A stretch of DNA of 64,000 nt, taken from IMG/VR virus record IMGVR_UViG_3300045988_171958, positions 230,492 through 294,491 of that record; one strand, given 5' to 3'. Numbering within the stretch: position 1 is the first letter of the stretch; each line of letters opens with the position of its first letter. The translations under genes were made by a program, and so were the position numbers. The stretch comes from a virus. The notes below the pieces were generated by a model. The model had not been told where the DNA came from. It saw only the letters and a list, made by a program, of their open reading frames with translations, and did not search any database. Below, piece by piece: positions 34,801 through 45,700 of the stretch.

Positions 34801-36938
34801 GTTGAACCATAACCTTCATAAGCAGCACCAGTAGTTCTAGTATCAGAAGTACCATTGAATCTATTTGTAGTATTACCATTTACAGTGATATTACAAGTAT
34901 TATTTTTGTTTGCCGTACCTATTGTTTGTGTATAGTTACCTTTTACAACTTCTGTATGGTTTCCATCTACTGTAGTTTTGAAATATCCTGTATTATGGTT
35001 AGTAGTATTTGGTCCTTCAATATTTATATCACCATTGTGATAGATACCTACAACATTATGACGCTTATCATCTGCAGTACCATTACCTATTGTAAACAAA
35101 GTACCACTATTTCCTGTATCAGTATTTTTTGGATCAGATACATTGTACTTACCTTGTGCATGTTCTGATTCATTGTTTGCTATAGTATAAGAACCTTCTG
35201 CATGAGCTGCAGTAGCATTAGTACCGGTTATGCTACCTTGTCCTTCTGCATGAGAAGCTAAACCATTAGTTGTGGTAACAATACCTTCGGTATGTGACTG
35301 ATCACTACTTGCATTAGTACCATAACCTTCAGCATGACTATCATGGTTATTAGCTTTTGATTCATGACCTTGAGCTAATGAATATTCACCTTTTGCTACT
35401 GTTCCTAAACCAATAGCAACACTACCTTTACCAGTAGCTTTACTATAGTTCATAGCAACAGATCCTTCACCTTCTGCTGTACCATTATTCATAGCAGTAG
35501 ACTTTACTCCTGAAGCAGAACTTGCATTCATAGCTACAGAATTTGTTCCTGATGCAGTACTTGCATTAGTAGCTAATGATTGTTGACCAGTAGCATGACC
35601 TTTTATTAATGCCATAGCACCTTGTCCTGTTTCAGCTATAGAACCTTGTCCAATAGCCACACTATCTGTTGATTTCGCAGTACCTTGTATAGAAACAGAA
35701 TTAGATCCAGAAGCAGTACCATCTAATGATATTGAATTATCACCAGATGCAGTACCAGTAAAAGCAATAGAATTAGACCCGGAAGCAGTACCTTTTACAG
35801 CAACAGAATTATCACCAGAAGCAGTTCCAGAAACTAATGCAACACTATTTACACCAGAGGCTAATGTTCCCTTTATACCATGAGCAAATGAATTGATACC
35901 ACCAGCAGTTGCTTCACCTCCTGAATGAGAATTCTTTCCGTTTGCATAAGAACTGTTCTCTGCATGGGCATTCACACCTTTAGTATAAGAACCAGTACCT
36001 TCAGCATGAGAATTATCTGCATTACTATGTACATAAGTAGAATTACCTTCGGTATGAGCATTTACTGCAGAAACTGTAGTAGTAGTACCTTCCGCATGTC
36101 CTGCATTAAATAGTACTTTATTTTTATATCCTTCTACATGAGCATATTCACCAGATACAATATTTTCTCTACCTTCAGCATGAGAATCATTACCAGATAC
36201 TGTATTTCTGTGACCTTCAGCGTGTGCATGTAAAGCATTTACTGTATTACTTAAGCCTTCACCATGAGATGCTTCACCATTTACTGTAGTAAGCTTTCCT
36301 TCAGCATGAGAAAAGTTACCAATAGCTACATTATTTGTATAGTCATTGAATATTTCAGCATAAGAAGTAGTAGGAAAATAAGTACCATCAGGAAGTTCTT
36401 TCTTTTCATAAGAATATTCTTTAGACTTAGTATAGCTATCATACCAATGACCTACGCCAGTATAGTAAGTACCAAGCTGTGTTTTACGAACAAAATCTTT
36501 ATCGAGAGTATAGTCCATCTCTTGCTTAAGCACTATTCTATCTGCATAATATGTATTAGGATTACCATCAGGAACAAAACCATATTTATTTTTGGCAGTA
36601 CCTCTTCCTTTATCTGTACCTTTATAGGATACATACCAAGGACCCTTCATATCTATAGTTTCTAGTACTTTATTACCTTCATCATCTTTAGTATAATTAC
36701 TATCTTTTCTCTTATCATCTTCATTTACATAAGGAACTGAAGTAATTAATCCCACATAATAGTTACCAGATCCACCATTATTTGTACCAATTTTATATGA
36801 TACTGTTCTTTGGTTCAATTCCCAAAGTAAATCGGTATAAGAATAATTCAATTGAGTTGCATCAATTGGTTCTCGGTTACCTCTACCTAACAAGCTACCC
36901 CATGTAAGTGCGGTTGTTCCTATTGGTTTTACTGCCAT
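31890..36938 (-). CDS. giant tail fibre/adhesin with YadA-head-like repeats
   Basis: 1682 aa. Residues ~205-600 carry degenerate SHAEG / NSVA(I/V)G / GTASG repeats (35141-36326). The N-terminal domain is paralogous to ORF 37025 (YYADRI...QLGT.YTGVG.W...EIFNDY). Confidence 0.75.
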   Translation of the reverse strand: MAVKPIGTTALTWGSLLGRGNREPIDATQLNYSYTDLLWELNQRTVSYKIGTNNGGSGNYYVGLITSVPYVNEDDKRKDSNYTKDDEGNKVLETIDMKGPWYVSYKGTDKGRGTAKNKYGFVPDGNPNTYYADRIVLKQEMDYTLDKDFVRKTQLGTYYTGVGHWYDSYTKSKEYSYEKKELPDGTYFPTTSYAEIFNDYTNNVAIGNFSHAEGKLTTVNGEASHGEGLSNTVNALHAHAEGHRNTVSGNDSHAEGRENIVSGEYAHVEGYKNKVLFNAGHAEGTTTTVSAVNAHTEGNSTYVHSNADNSHAEGTGSYTKGVNAHAENSSYANGKNSHSGGEATAGGINSFAHGIKGTLASGVNSVALVSGTASGDNSVAVKGTASGSNSIAFTGTASGDNSISLDGTASGSNSVSIQGTAKSTDSVAIGQGSIAETGQGAMALIKGHATGQQSLATNASTASGTNSVAMNASSASGVKSTAMNNGTAEGEGSVAMNYSKATGKGSVAIGLGTVAKGEYSLAQGHESKANNHDSHAEGYGTNASSDQSHTEGIVTTTNGLASHAEGQGSITGTNATAAHAEGSYTIANNESEHAQGKYNVSDPKNTDTGNSGTLFTIGNGTADDKRHNVVGIYHNGDINIEGPNTTNHNTGYFKTTVDGNHTEVVKGNYTQTIGTANKNNTCNITVNGNTTNRFNGTSDTRTTGAAYEGYGSTFISTVSGFKSCYAYDGNYVYVNKALETFVNGSITERSDNSVYLSAPKICIHGDATKDGTYVDISSDVSYVYGRRHTYIGQPVHGGTSATTTIKGNTINENSTISNKTTNTNNENVTGNSTIKVTGNTNLNTGSLNITSGSTNLDLNKTHIHVTNELCIKSSTDAYFKGAKNTFIGKDQEGNKGTNFYVTSTTKGDLTSPSISLNASTKYDENIGNKSVTAKGTLTEDITGAVTKINKDNYTSYTYENSYIYVHGNITNTTEGNREIATVGNVNITNGTIVKNDKKQDVEQQSEVKIITYGTSYAYTSSNKDDIVKGIRTNITVGNVNITNGTIVKNDKKQDVEQQSEVKIITYGTSYAYTSSNKDDIVKGIRTNITANNVNVTNEANVNITTGGVHTESITNERSVTVGKHDSLIVSSGGKTEKITGEKITQVVSGNINAYTDDTHDTRLHTRSAYIETVHAYIGDKTNTVINGNYSIGLGQGIKVSSYTNTTVGKYNEDKKSYFAVGIGVGPYKDDEGKPQISRKNAFWIGQSETEDGKNGVGYFSNDTYVYAHDYDPGIYKDDKEINHKSWSTVVTYNMYRNSYTYLYNTMNDKFDTFGTGTYFTKSIDPFTYTPVSYTLHYTTQVFKQTYIDNNVEKHNVWLNNTYTLVLPQAIPGALENDNSGIAGLMSARDKARLDSIWEGDKQIAGIQISTGSWQVFKNDGITSYKLANIVHKSNNITNLQIEYGFRPKWSGTWKWTVDNQKEPERCDGAWDKKLPAVNTNSDVWSSPILNGGGGEVCYQTIFAKKRGLIISGYPDDYAASSDGTKHLGSIVPASGEDNTSCFVNWSTYRLLFYGICTMQELNEALYNNLGNLKDKKESVVKIDENNHLGRHSKAIYSKNWNIDYLSDSNHCFFMAFPTNWGKISQIKKNGVEIITSSFIQVTIEKNGVKTETFKYINGAGLPQQYYIYRSNVGSANMSITIS
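33673..33996 (-). repeat. perfect 2 x 162-bp in-frame tandem duplication within the fibre gene
   Basis: 33673-33834 is identical to 33835-33996 by direct reading. It duplicates 54 aa (VGNVNITNGTIVKNDKKQDVEQQSEVKIITYGTSYAYTSSNKDDIVKGIRTNIT). Confidence 0.9.
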
Positions 36939-36990
36939 AATATCTTATATTAGAAATGTTCTTTTGTATTATATAAAAATATTCATCAAT

Positions 36991-37016
36991 AAAAAAGAGA
37001 AGCTTAAGCTTCTCCT
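36991..37016 (-). terminator. terminator (CTTAAG apex)
   Basis: GAGAAGC-TTAA-GCTTCTC followed by a U run on the minus transcript, between the two fibre genes. Confidence 0.6.
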
Positions 37017-37024
37017 TCTAGTAT

Positions 37025-40000
37025 TTATTTTCTTTCAAATGCAAATCCCCAAGTTCCTTTAGTAATATCACCTGGTGCACATACTGCAACTATATGATAT
37101 CTCAATCCACTAGGATTTATTGGGTTATCTGTAGTAAACTCATACTTTTCACGTCCAGTATTTGTTGTACTTAATGCATCACCATTATCATTATCAGATG
37201 CTGGAGTTCTAACACCTGTATCAAGAGCAGATTCGACATTCATCTGGTTTTTGTAATACATATAGAATCCATCAGGTACAGCAGAACTATTATGCTTACA
37301 AAGTTTGTATATATTAGTTGGATATGCAAACCAGCAAGTTTTAACAGATCTGCTTATTGATGCATTAGATTGCTGTGTTTTCCCAGAAGCTGCTTGTAAA
37401 TTACCATATAAATGACCATGGTCTATATCACCATTAGATCTTCCAACAGCAGCATTCTTCTTACCTAAGAATTCATTTTGTGTCCATTTTTTCCATAATG
37501 GATTAGGTTTACGAACACCATTTTCCATTATATAAGGAACGTCATTTGTAGTACCATAGTATATTCTATATCTTGCTGTCAAAGTAAAAGATGCAGATGA
37601 ATATGAAGGTAATTCAGTAAATTTATCATAAGGTGCGGCACCATCATCAGGTATATATGTTGCTTTTTCCATAAGTTGTTGAAAATACATTTGAGTTGCT
37701 GGATTAAATATATATGAATATGCTGTCCAAACAGTAAATTTACCTTCCCTATCAAGCTTTATTTTATCTGATATTGTACTTCTTGTCGAATATAATCCTG
37801 TTCTATAATCAGTTTTACCAATTTCGTCAAAAGCGCCTCTATTATCCACAGCATTACAGTATGAACTATAATAAGCTAAATTGTATGAATTAGCATAATC
37901 ATAAGGAGGTACCCAATTGAATTTATGATAAGGGTCTTTTGCTCCGGTATCATTCAAATATATATAATTAGGATCTGTAACATCTTCATTGTTTGCTACT
38001 AATCTCTTAGGCCAGTATTTAGCTGTATCACTCTTCATACCGGCAAGCAATTCTTTATTATGTATTACTTTATCAAATTTTTGGGCTGATATATTAGAAT
38101 TATTTGGTAATTTAAAGTAAGTTATTTCTCTTACACCTGTAGAATAACCTAACATATTTCCTAATGAAGTACCATATATAGGGTCTATGTTTTCTGGTTT
38201 ATCAACACCAACATTAAATGCTCTAAATTGTATTTCAAAACTAGTTGTAGCACCTACTTCACAAATACCATCAGAATTCTGACTATTTTGGAAATATGAC
38301 CATCCAACACTATCATTAGAAATAACTGCATTTGCAATTCTATTTCCAGTATACCAAATAGCATATTGTAAGCTAGGTCTGTAATACTTAGGTTGTACAA
38401 GCAATGCTCTCATAACTGTGGTTAGATATGCTGTTGGACCTAATGAATTTACATAGCTATAAGATGTTGGGGCTACAACTTCACCACCTACTATCATACC
38501 ACCATCATAATACATCTGTCCATTCTTTCGAATATCCATGATGTTATGGCGAGAATTTTCTTTTACATAATTACCGGCATAACTATAAATAGGTTCCTTT
38601 TCACTATTTTCGCCTATTTTCTTTTTGTATAAAGTACTAGGACCCTTTGTTGTATCTCCAGTTCCACCATTTCCAATACTGAAAATAGTTTCATAACTGG
38701 ATTCATAAAAACCAACAGTAGTTGTATTATTAGTACCATCTATTCCAATAGGATATCTACCTGGTAAGTATTTGTTATTTACACGGGCAAATTCATTAGG
38801 AATCTTATTAGTATCATTGTTTTCTACTAAGAAACCATTAGCAGAATAATATGATCTGTTGTATGTACCATGTCCTACTTCTGTCTTATTCTTAGATACT
38901 GTATAGAAACCATCAGTAGAAGAGTAAGATCCTCTCGCTATAGTACCAACACCACTTGAATGTGAGAATTCTCCATAAGATGATGTATTGTTTCCTTCTG
39001 ATATAGAACCTATACCATTAGCATAAGTTGATACACCAAAAGAAGAAGAGAAATTAGATTGTGCTGTTGTCCTATTACCACTAGCAAATGATCCTTCTCC
39101 ATTAGCATAAGTTGATACACCTTGTGAATGTGATGATTGTCCTATTGCCTTAGTATGTTCACCTTCGGCATGACTGTATCTATAAGCAATGGTTTCAATA
39201 CCTTCTGTATGTGATGATTGTCCTATTGCTTTAGTACGTTCACCTTCAGCATGAGATGAAGTAGATTCTGCTATTGTATTGTTACCTTCAGCATGAGAAT
39301 ACTGTCCATTTGCATGGGTAACATTACCTTCTGCATGGGATCCAGATCCTGAAGCATAAGTACCATTACCTTCAGCATGACCATATTCAGCCGTTGTATA
39401 AGATCCATTACCTTCAGCATGACCACCTATTGCATTTGAAGTAACATAAGTTTTATAACCTTCAACATGGCTATAGTTAGAATTAGCTCTGCCATATCCA
39501 CCTTCAGCATGAGATGCAATGTTGTAAGCTGATGTATAAGTACCTTCTGCATGTGTACTTGTTCCAGCTGACATTGTTCTGCTACCTTCAGCATGGGCAT
39601 AAGTACCTTTTGCATAAGAGAAATTACCTTCAGCATGACTGTATTCATAAGCATTAGTTTCAATACCTTCTGCATGTCCTCCAGTACCAGTTGTTACTGT
39701 ATTTACTCCTTCTACATGGGAAAATGAACCCATTGCTTTACCGCTACCTTCAGCATGTGCATAATTAGCGGTTTCTGTTATCTGAGCATTGTTTTCTGCA
39801 TGGGAATATGTACCTAATACTGTAGATTTGTTTTCTGCATGAGAATAAGATCCCAAATCGGTATTTGTAGCTGAACCTGTAACAGAAGACCCTTCGGTAT
39901 GGGAATATTTACCATAAGCTTTAGATTCTTTACCTTCAGCATGAGCACCTTGACCACCAGATATAGAATCTTCACCTTCAGCAACAGAATAATTAGCATT

Positions 40001-40900
40001 AGCTATTGTTTTACTACCAGTTGCAAATGCACCAATACCATAAGATGATGTATTTGTACCAGTAGCAAAACCAGCCTTAGCATAAGTTGATTTTCCTATA
40101 GCTATACCATTTTCAAAAGCAACAGAATCAACACCATGTACAAATGCATTGTTTCCAAGTGCTTTAGAATTAGATCCACCAACATGGGACGATGTCGCAG
40201 ATATTGCTTGGTTTGAATGACCTTCAACATGTGAATAGCTTGAATTTATTGCTGAATTTGATTCACCTTCTACATGTGAATAGGAGGCATTATTGGAAGA
40301 AGTATTGCTTGCTCCTTCTACATGACTAAAATCACTACCACCAGTATTCTTATATCCTTCTATATGGGTAAATGATCCAGCTAATGTATTGGACTTACCT
40401 TCAATATGAGACATTATTGGTGATTCACCTTTAAGATTATTTGTTATCTTGTAAGTGTTATAGTCATTGAATATTTCATTGTAAGCTAATGAACCCCTAT
40501 CCTCTGTTGCATCTGGCCATTTACCAACACCAGTATATGATGTACCTAATTGCTTCTTTTTTACAAATTCTCTCTGTAGGAAAGTATTAGTATAAGTAGC
40601 AGTCATGATTCTATCAGCATAATAAGAAACATCACTATTACCTTCATTCTTTATTAAGAAAGGAGTATAATAATCTGATTGTTTTTCCCCATTTGGTATT
40701 GTTTCAGGTCCTTGAGTTACAACAATTTGACCCTTATATATAGATGAAGTACTAGTCCTCATCTCTTCTTTCAAAGAATCATAACTTGAAGGAAGAGAAG
40801 ATTCATCCAATGGTTGCTTAGTGTTTCTTCTCATTGAGAATGCAACATCTACAACTCTTCCTTTTGTATCATATACTTGAGATGGAATTTTATTACCCAT
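37025..40900 (-). CDS. giant tail fibre/adhesin with SHAEG-type repeats
   Basis: 1291 aa. Residues ~164-665 (38906-40411) are about 14-aa repeats (YSHAEGxxTxAxGxx). The C-terminal ~600 aa is non-repetitive. Confidence 0.75.
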   Translation of the reverse strand: MGNKIPSQVYDTKGRVVDVAFSMRRNTKQPLDESSLPSSYDSLKEEMRTSTSSIYKGQIVVTQGPETIPNGEKQSDYYTPFLIKNEGNSDVSYYADRIMTATYTNTFLQREFVKKKQLGTSYTGVGKWPDATEDRGSLAYNEIFNDYNTYKITNNLKGESPIMSHIEGKSNTLAGSFTHIEGYKNTGGSDFSHVEGASNTSSNNASYSHVEGESNSAINSSYSHVEGHSNQAISATSSHVGGSNSKALGNNAFVHGVDSVAFENGIAIGKSTYAKAGFATGTNTSSYGIGAFATGSKTIANANYSVAEGEDSISGGQGAHAEGKESKAYGKYSHTEGSSVTGSATNTDLGSYSHAENKSTVLGTYSHAENNAQITETANYAHAEGSGKAMGSFSHVEGVNTVTTGTGGHAEGIETNAYEYSHAEGNFSYAKGTYAHAEGSRTMSAGTSTHAEGTYTSAYNIASHAEGGYGRANSNYSHVEGYKTYVTSNAIGGHAEGNGSYTTAEYGHAEGNGTYASGSGSHAEGNVTHANGQYSHAEGNNTIAESTSSHAEGERTKAIGQSSHTEGIETIAYRYSHAEGEHTKAIGQSSHSQGVSTYANGEGSFASGNRTTAQSNFSSSFGVSTYANGIGSISEGNNTSSYGEFSHSSGVGTIARGSYSSTDGFYTVSKNKTEVGHGTYNRSYYSANGFLVENNDTNKIPNEFARVNNKYLPGRYPIGIDGTNNTTTVGFYESSYETIFSIGNGGTGDTTKGPSTLYKKKIGENSEKEPIYSYAGNYVKENSRHNIMDIRKNGQMYYDGGMIVGGEVVAPTSYSYVNSLGPTAYLTTVMRALLVQPKYYRPSLQYAIWYTGNRIANAVISNDSVGWSYFQNSQNSDGICEVGATTSFEIQFRAFNVGVDKPENIDPIYGTSLGNMLGYSTGVREITYFKLPNNSNISAQKFDKVIHNKELLAGMKSDTAKYWPKRLVANNEDVTDPNYIYLNDTGAKDPYHKFNWVPPYDYANSYNLAYYSSYCNAVDNRGAFDEIGKTDYRTGLYSTRSTISDKIKLDREGKFTVWTAYSYIFNPATQMYFQQLMEKATYIPDDGAAPYDKFTELPSYSSASFTLTARYRIYYGTTNDVPYIMENGVRKPNPLWKKWTQNEFLGKKNAAVGRSNGDIDHGHLYGNLQAASGKTQQSNASISRSVKTCWFAYPTNIYKLCKHNSSAVPDGFYMYYKNQMNVESALDTGVRTPASDNDNGDALSTTNTGREKYEFTTDNPINPSGLRYHIVAVCAPGDITKGTWGFAFERK

Positions 40901-40930
40901 TTTGTTGGCTATTTAATATATTCGATTTAG

Positions 40931-42688
40931 TTAAAAATTGACTTCTAAAGTCATAGTATCTGCAAACATTGTGTATTCAACATTTTCTAAATAGAATGTT
41001 TTGTATTGTGTTCCGTTGTATACATACTTATCAGAAATATGTTTTTTCAACATTACTGAATTTATCTCAGTTATATCATTTTCAATTCCGGAATTCCAAG
41101 ATTTCATTATTATTCTTGAATTGTCAAATAATGCACCTGGTAAAGCAACCCAAATAATATATTGTCCTGCTAAATTATTTATCTTAAGTGAACCAGTAGA
41201 TTCTTTTGAATCAATCAATTTGTTTGATTGTCCACTAAGACCATTTGCCGTTACTGGAGCGCTTTGATTTGTTATACCCCAGAATACTTTAAATGAGAAT
41301 TTCTTACCTATTTTTGGGAAATCAGTTTTTTCAGTAAGTCCTTCTGCAAATGCATGATCTGTATCTTGTATGTTCAAACTTTTAAGCTGTGGGTACAAAT
41401 TTACATTAGCTTTGCCATGACTGAACTGATATTTCATATTAGAATTCAATATGAATTCTTTATTTATCAAGTCCAATGCTTCTGCTTTAGTAGTAGGATT
41501 CTTTGATATAGTAGATATTGAATTCAACAATCCAGTAACATTATTCAATCCATTTGATAGAGAAGCTGTATTCTTCAATATAGAATTTTCAAATACCATT
41601 GTTGTTGAAGAAGCATCATTTAATGATATATCCAATCCAATTGTATCTAAATTCACTTTTGAATTATACTCAATTGCTTCATTAGTCCAATTTTCTAATG
41701 AAACATCATTTATGACTATATTATTCAATACAGGTTTCTTATATGGATATGGTTCTATCAACAAATTCAAAAGTTTATCCAATGGGGTATTCTTCCATTT
41801 TTCTCCAGTGCATACTTGGAAAGAATTCAAAGATACTTGTCCACCTTCATAAGTTGATGTTCCATAATAAGTATAAGTACCTGTATTTGTTATTGGGTTT
41901 CCGCTATCATCATAAGTTATATATTCATAAGTACCTTCATACGTCTTAGATTTATCAACATATTCATAAGTTGAATTTTCAGTTATGTAAGTATATCGCT
42001 TTCCTCCATCTGTTATTTCATCTTCTCTCTTAACAGAATACTTATCAATATTCTGAATTTTAGCAAGAGTTGCCATGTGATTTTCTCTATCATTCTTCAA
42101 GAAATTCTTTATTTCATCTAAAGAATCCAAGAAATCTGGGGCACCACCAATAATTCTATCTACCCAATATTTTGTATATGTATAGCAATTTTCTTTGGCA
42201 GTTGCTACATAGGTATATGTGTCTTCTTTGTATTTATTGAGTTTTACATCAATATTCCCAATATCAACTTTTATGCCATTTATATCCTTATTTATTTTAG
42301 TGAATTGTTCAGATGCATAAGTATAGAGATTATTATAACAAGTATCTGTATAGTTATGATTATGTTTCAACCACATTTCTACAGATCTTGGGTTATCTAT
42401 GGTTTCTACTACATCTTCTTCAGGAGAAAAGTAAGACATTCCAAATGTTTGACTGAATATTGGATTATATGACATTGCAATCCATTCAGCATTGTTCATG
42501 TTTTCTTCCTTTTCTAATCCCCATCCACTGGCAATCAAGTTACCACGTAGCCATAGAGAAGTTCTCTTATGGTTGTTTGATAAGTTGCTAGACAGAACTA
42601 TGAGTGAACCAGTTCTGTTTAGCATCTTAGGTATCTTAGTTGATGATGAAGTAATGAAACTTACTTTATTATATTCTGAAATTGCCAT
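40931..42688 (-). CDS. tail/fibre-associated structural protein
   Basis: 585-aa ORF adjacent to the fibre genes, Asn/Thr/Tyr-rich. No motif recognised. Confidence 0.5.
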   Translation of the reverse strand: MAISEYNKVSFITSSSTKIPKMLNRTGSLIVLSSNLSNNHKRTSLWLRGNLIASGWGLEKEENMNNAEWIAMSYNPIFSQTFGMSYFSPEEDVVETIDNPRSVEMWLKHNHNYTDTCYNNLYTYASEQFTKINKDINGIKVDIGNIDVKLNKYKEDTYTYVATAKENCYTYTKYWVDRIIGGAPDFLDSLDEIKNFLKNDRENHMATLAKIQNIDKYSVKREDEITDGGKRYTYITENSTYEYVDKSKTYEGTYEYITYDDSGNPITNTGTYTYYGTSTYEGGQVSLNSFQVCTGEKWKNTPLDKLLNLLIEPYPYKKPVLNNIVINDVSLENWTNEAIEYNSKVNLDTIGLDISLNDASSTTMVFENSILKNTASLSNGLNNVTGLLNSISTISKNPTTKAEALDLINKEFILNSNMKYQFSHGKANVNLYPQLKSLNIQDTDHAFAEGLTEKTDFPKIGKKFSFKVFWGITNQSAPVTANGLSGQSNKLIDSKESTGSLKINNLAGQYIIWVALPGALFDNSRIIMKSWNSGIENDITEINSVMLKKHISDKYVYNGTQYKTFYLENVEYTMFADTMTLEVNF

Positions 42689-42707
42689 TTATTCAATTGT
42701 TTATATT

Positions 42708-45700
42708 TTACTTCATTGATATTACTTCATCATTAAATGTATTATCTGAATTAGAAGACATATCTATATTTTCTGATGACATATCATAGTTTCCTACAAA
42801 TTCAATCATATAATGATAAGGGTCTCTTATAAGTGAATTTCTCAAATCAAAATACAAAGACTTTACTATGGAATTACTGTTTGAATTCGTATAATATTCA
42901 AATTCTATAGGTATGGACAAGTTTTCACCAACTTCAATATATTTAGAAGCTTTATCTTCTCCACTGGTAAGTATAGTATCTAATGAAAGCAAAGATGGAT
43001 AGACAAATCCACCAACAAAACTGTTTTGAGATGAGAAGTTTCTTATACTTCCACCTTCACTGATGAATGAACTGAATGTTGTACTATTTGTAAGATATTC
43101 ATAATTAGCATTATCATTGTTTGAAGAAACCTTTACAATATCTTCATATCGCATCAACCAGTTATTGTCATTAGATAAACCATAATTATACCAAGAAGAA
43201 TTAGACTTTACCATATCAACATATATAGAATCTGTTGTCTTATTTTCTGTTGTAGAAAGTTCATTCAATCTAGATGTATATTCTAACAATTTCTTATAAT
43301 CTACACCTTCTTTAGAATTTATGTTGTCAAAAACAAGTCCTTTCCATTTTACACTACTTGTACTTATAGTAGAAGAATGTAATGAACCTTGTCTTGGTCT
43401 GTATCCTAACAACACTTGTCTGTTGTTTATTCCAATGTAGTTAGAAGGAGTTATTTGATATTCCAACTTATTTCCATTTGAAACATTTGTTTCATCTTTA
43501 CTATTCTGTTCGGTAGTTGAGAAATATATAGAAGATCCATTCCAAGCGGAATTCTCTCTAAAGTAAATCCATTGTCCAAGATACTGTGCACATATCTTAT
43601 TGTTTACTAACATTGGTACTCTTTCAAAGTTAGCTAAGTTTGAATTGTAAGAATCTACATTACAGTTTATCAATGGAGTATTTGTATTGCCAGGGAATAT
43701 GCTGTAAAGATTCAATCTGACATCACCAGTATTCTTTATTACAATATTCATATTTTTCTTAATGAATATATCAGAAATATGATTGATGTTATATATGTTT
43801 ACTGAATTCTTTGTATTAGGTGACAACAATATAGAATAATCATCATAAGTCAAATATACTTCAAACTTACTATTTGATTCATTATCTATCAAAGTCTTCC
43901 ATTTTTCAACATTACTATTTATATCATTAAGCTTATCCTTCAACGATATCATCTTATTTTCTGATGTGTTGAAACCTGAATATATGTTTTCTGGTGTATG
44001 GAAGAACGTTTGATCCGAACTTATTACTTTATCTTGTATGTGCTCTGTATATCCATCATCTATCAAGGTTTTTGAGAATGATGAAGTAACTGTATCTTTA
44101 TCATTTTCTGTAAGTATAGTTGTCAAATCTATATTAGACTTATACTGTGATGGGAATACAACTGTCTTTTCATCACTCCAAGGAGTATATATAGAAATGA
44201 ATGGTTGTCCAATATTGAGCTTATATCTTACTCTTATGATTACATCTTCACCTTGCTGTATTGGAATATCAATTTGATTCCACTTAATAATGTTATCAGT
44301 TGTAGAATAATCAACAAAATCTACACCGACAGAATTGTCAAATACTAGTTTTCTTTGTCTATCTATATTATCTAATCTATTCCAATCAGTAAAAGTAGAA
44401 GAATCTATAGATATAAGTTGGTTGTTTTCTTTATTTGTTGATTTGTATTTATATTCAACATCACAACCAATTATCTCTACATCTATTCCATTACCTATTG
44501 AAGAAATAAGTTGAGAAAGATATTTTACGTCTGTTACTCCTCTTACTCTATATTTTACTTCATTTCCAGTAACATCCAAATCTGTAGACTTTATGTTTAT
44601 TTCATCTACTATAGAATTCAACTGTGATTGAAGATGAGTCTTTTCCGTATATAGAGAATTTAGCTGTGTCTTAAGTGAGTTTTGAGTTACTGTTATCTCT
44701 TTAGAGAAATCAGTAGTCATGAGCTTGTTTGTCACCTCGTTGATTTCTGATTGCTTAGCAGATATTTGCTGTTGAAAATCATTCTTAGAAGCATGTAAGC
44801 TCTTTATCTCTTCATTACTTGTATCATCTACCAAATGCTTATTGATTGGTACAACTTGCAATATGTTTTCAGTATCAAATGTATTAGATACTGCTATTTG
44901 CATATCATCAGAATCCTGTAATGATTCCAATTGTGCCATAGTAAAGTTGCTTATTTGTGGATAAGCTGTATTTGTTATACCAAGAATCAAATCACCAATG
45001 TTTGTACAATATTTCTTATAGTATTTCAGATAAGAAAGATTGTTACCATATTCATCTTGTACAAAATTACCACCGGCATCTTTTACATAGATAGAATTTA
45101 GATCACAAAACAATGGAGTAGACCAAGAAGATCTGGTATTGTTTGATACAGCAGATAAGAATACTATGATATATTGGTTTTCCTCTAATGGTATCTCTAC
45201 ATAATGATAGTCAGAATAATTGTTGTTGTATATAGAGAAAATCATATCAGTATTTTCTTCTGTAGTTTGCAATGCTGTATGGCCTGAAGTTTCTTCTATC
45301 TCTATCTGCATATTTGAATAATCTACATTCTTTACTTTCCATGTAGTAGATTGTCCTTTCATACATAAGAAATCTCCGGCTTTCAATTGATAAGAAATAG
45401 TTGAATCTTCTGAATTGAAATATTCAAATGTATCTAAATTCAAAATATAAGAAAGCTTTGAACCAACAGAAACAGCATGTGGATTATCATTTCCTAATTC
45501 TTCTTTTGTTGGAATAGACTCTATTCTGAATGCACTTCTATATCTTTCCTGCTTAATAGGAATATCAAGTTCACTATCATATTCTTCATAATCATTTCCC
45601 TTTGTATACCCATATAAAGCAGTCTTTATATCTTCATAAGAAGAATATCCAGATAAAACGTTGTACATATCATAATCATATATCACTATCTTTTTCATCA

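Noticed and set aside
38906-40411. Repetitive DNA in the fibre genes as a possible CRISPR array or other non-coding tandem array. This includes the alternative-frame ORFs 39427-39675 and 39814-39999.
   Set aside because: The repeats are degenerate, in frame and coding (SHAEG-type protein repeats). There is no repeat-spacer structure with constant repeats.
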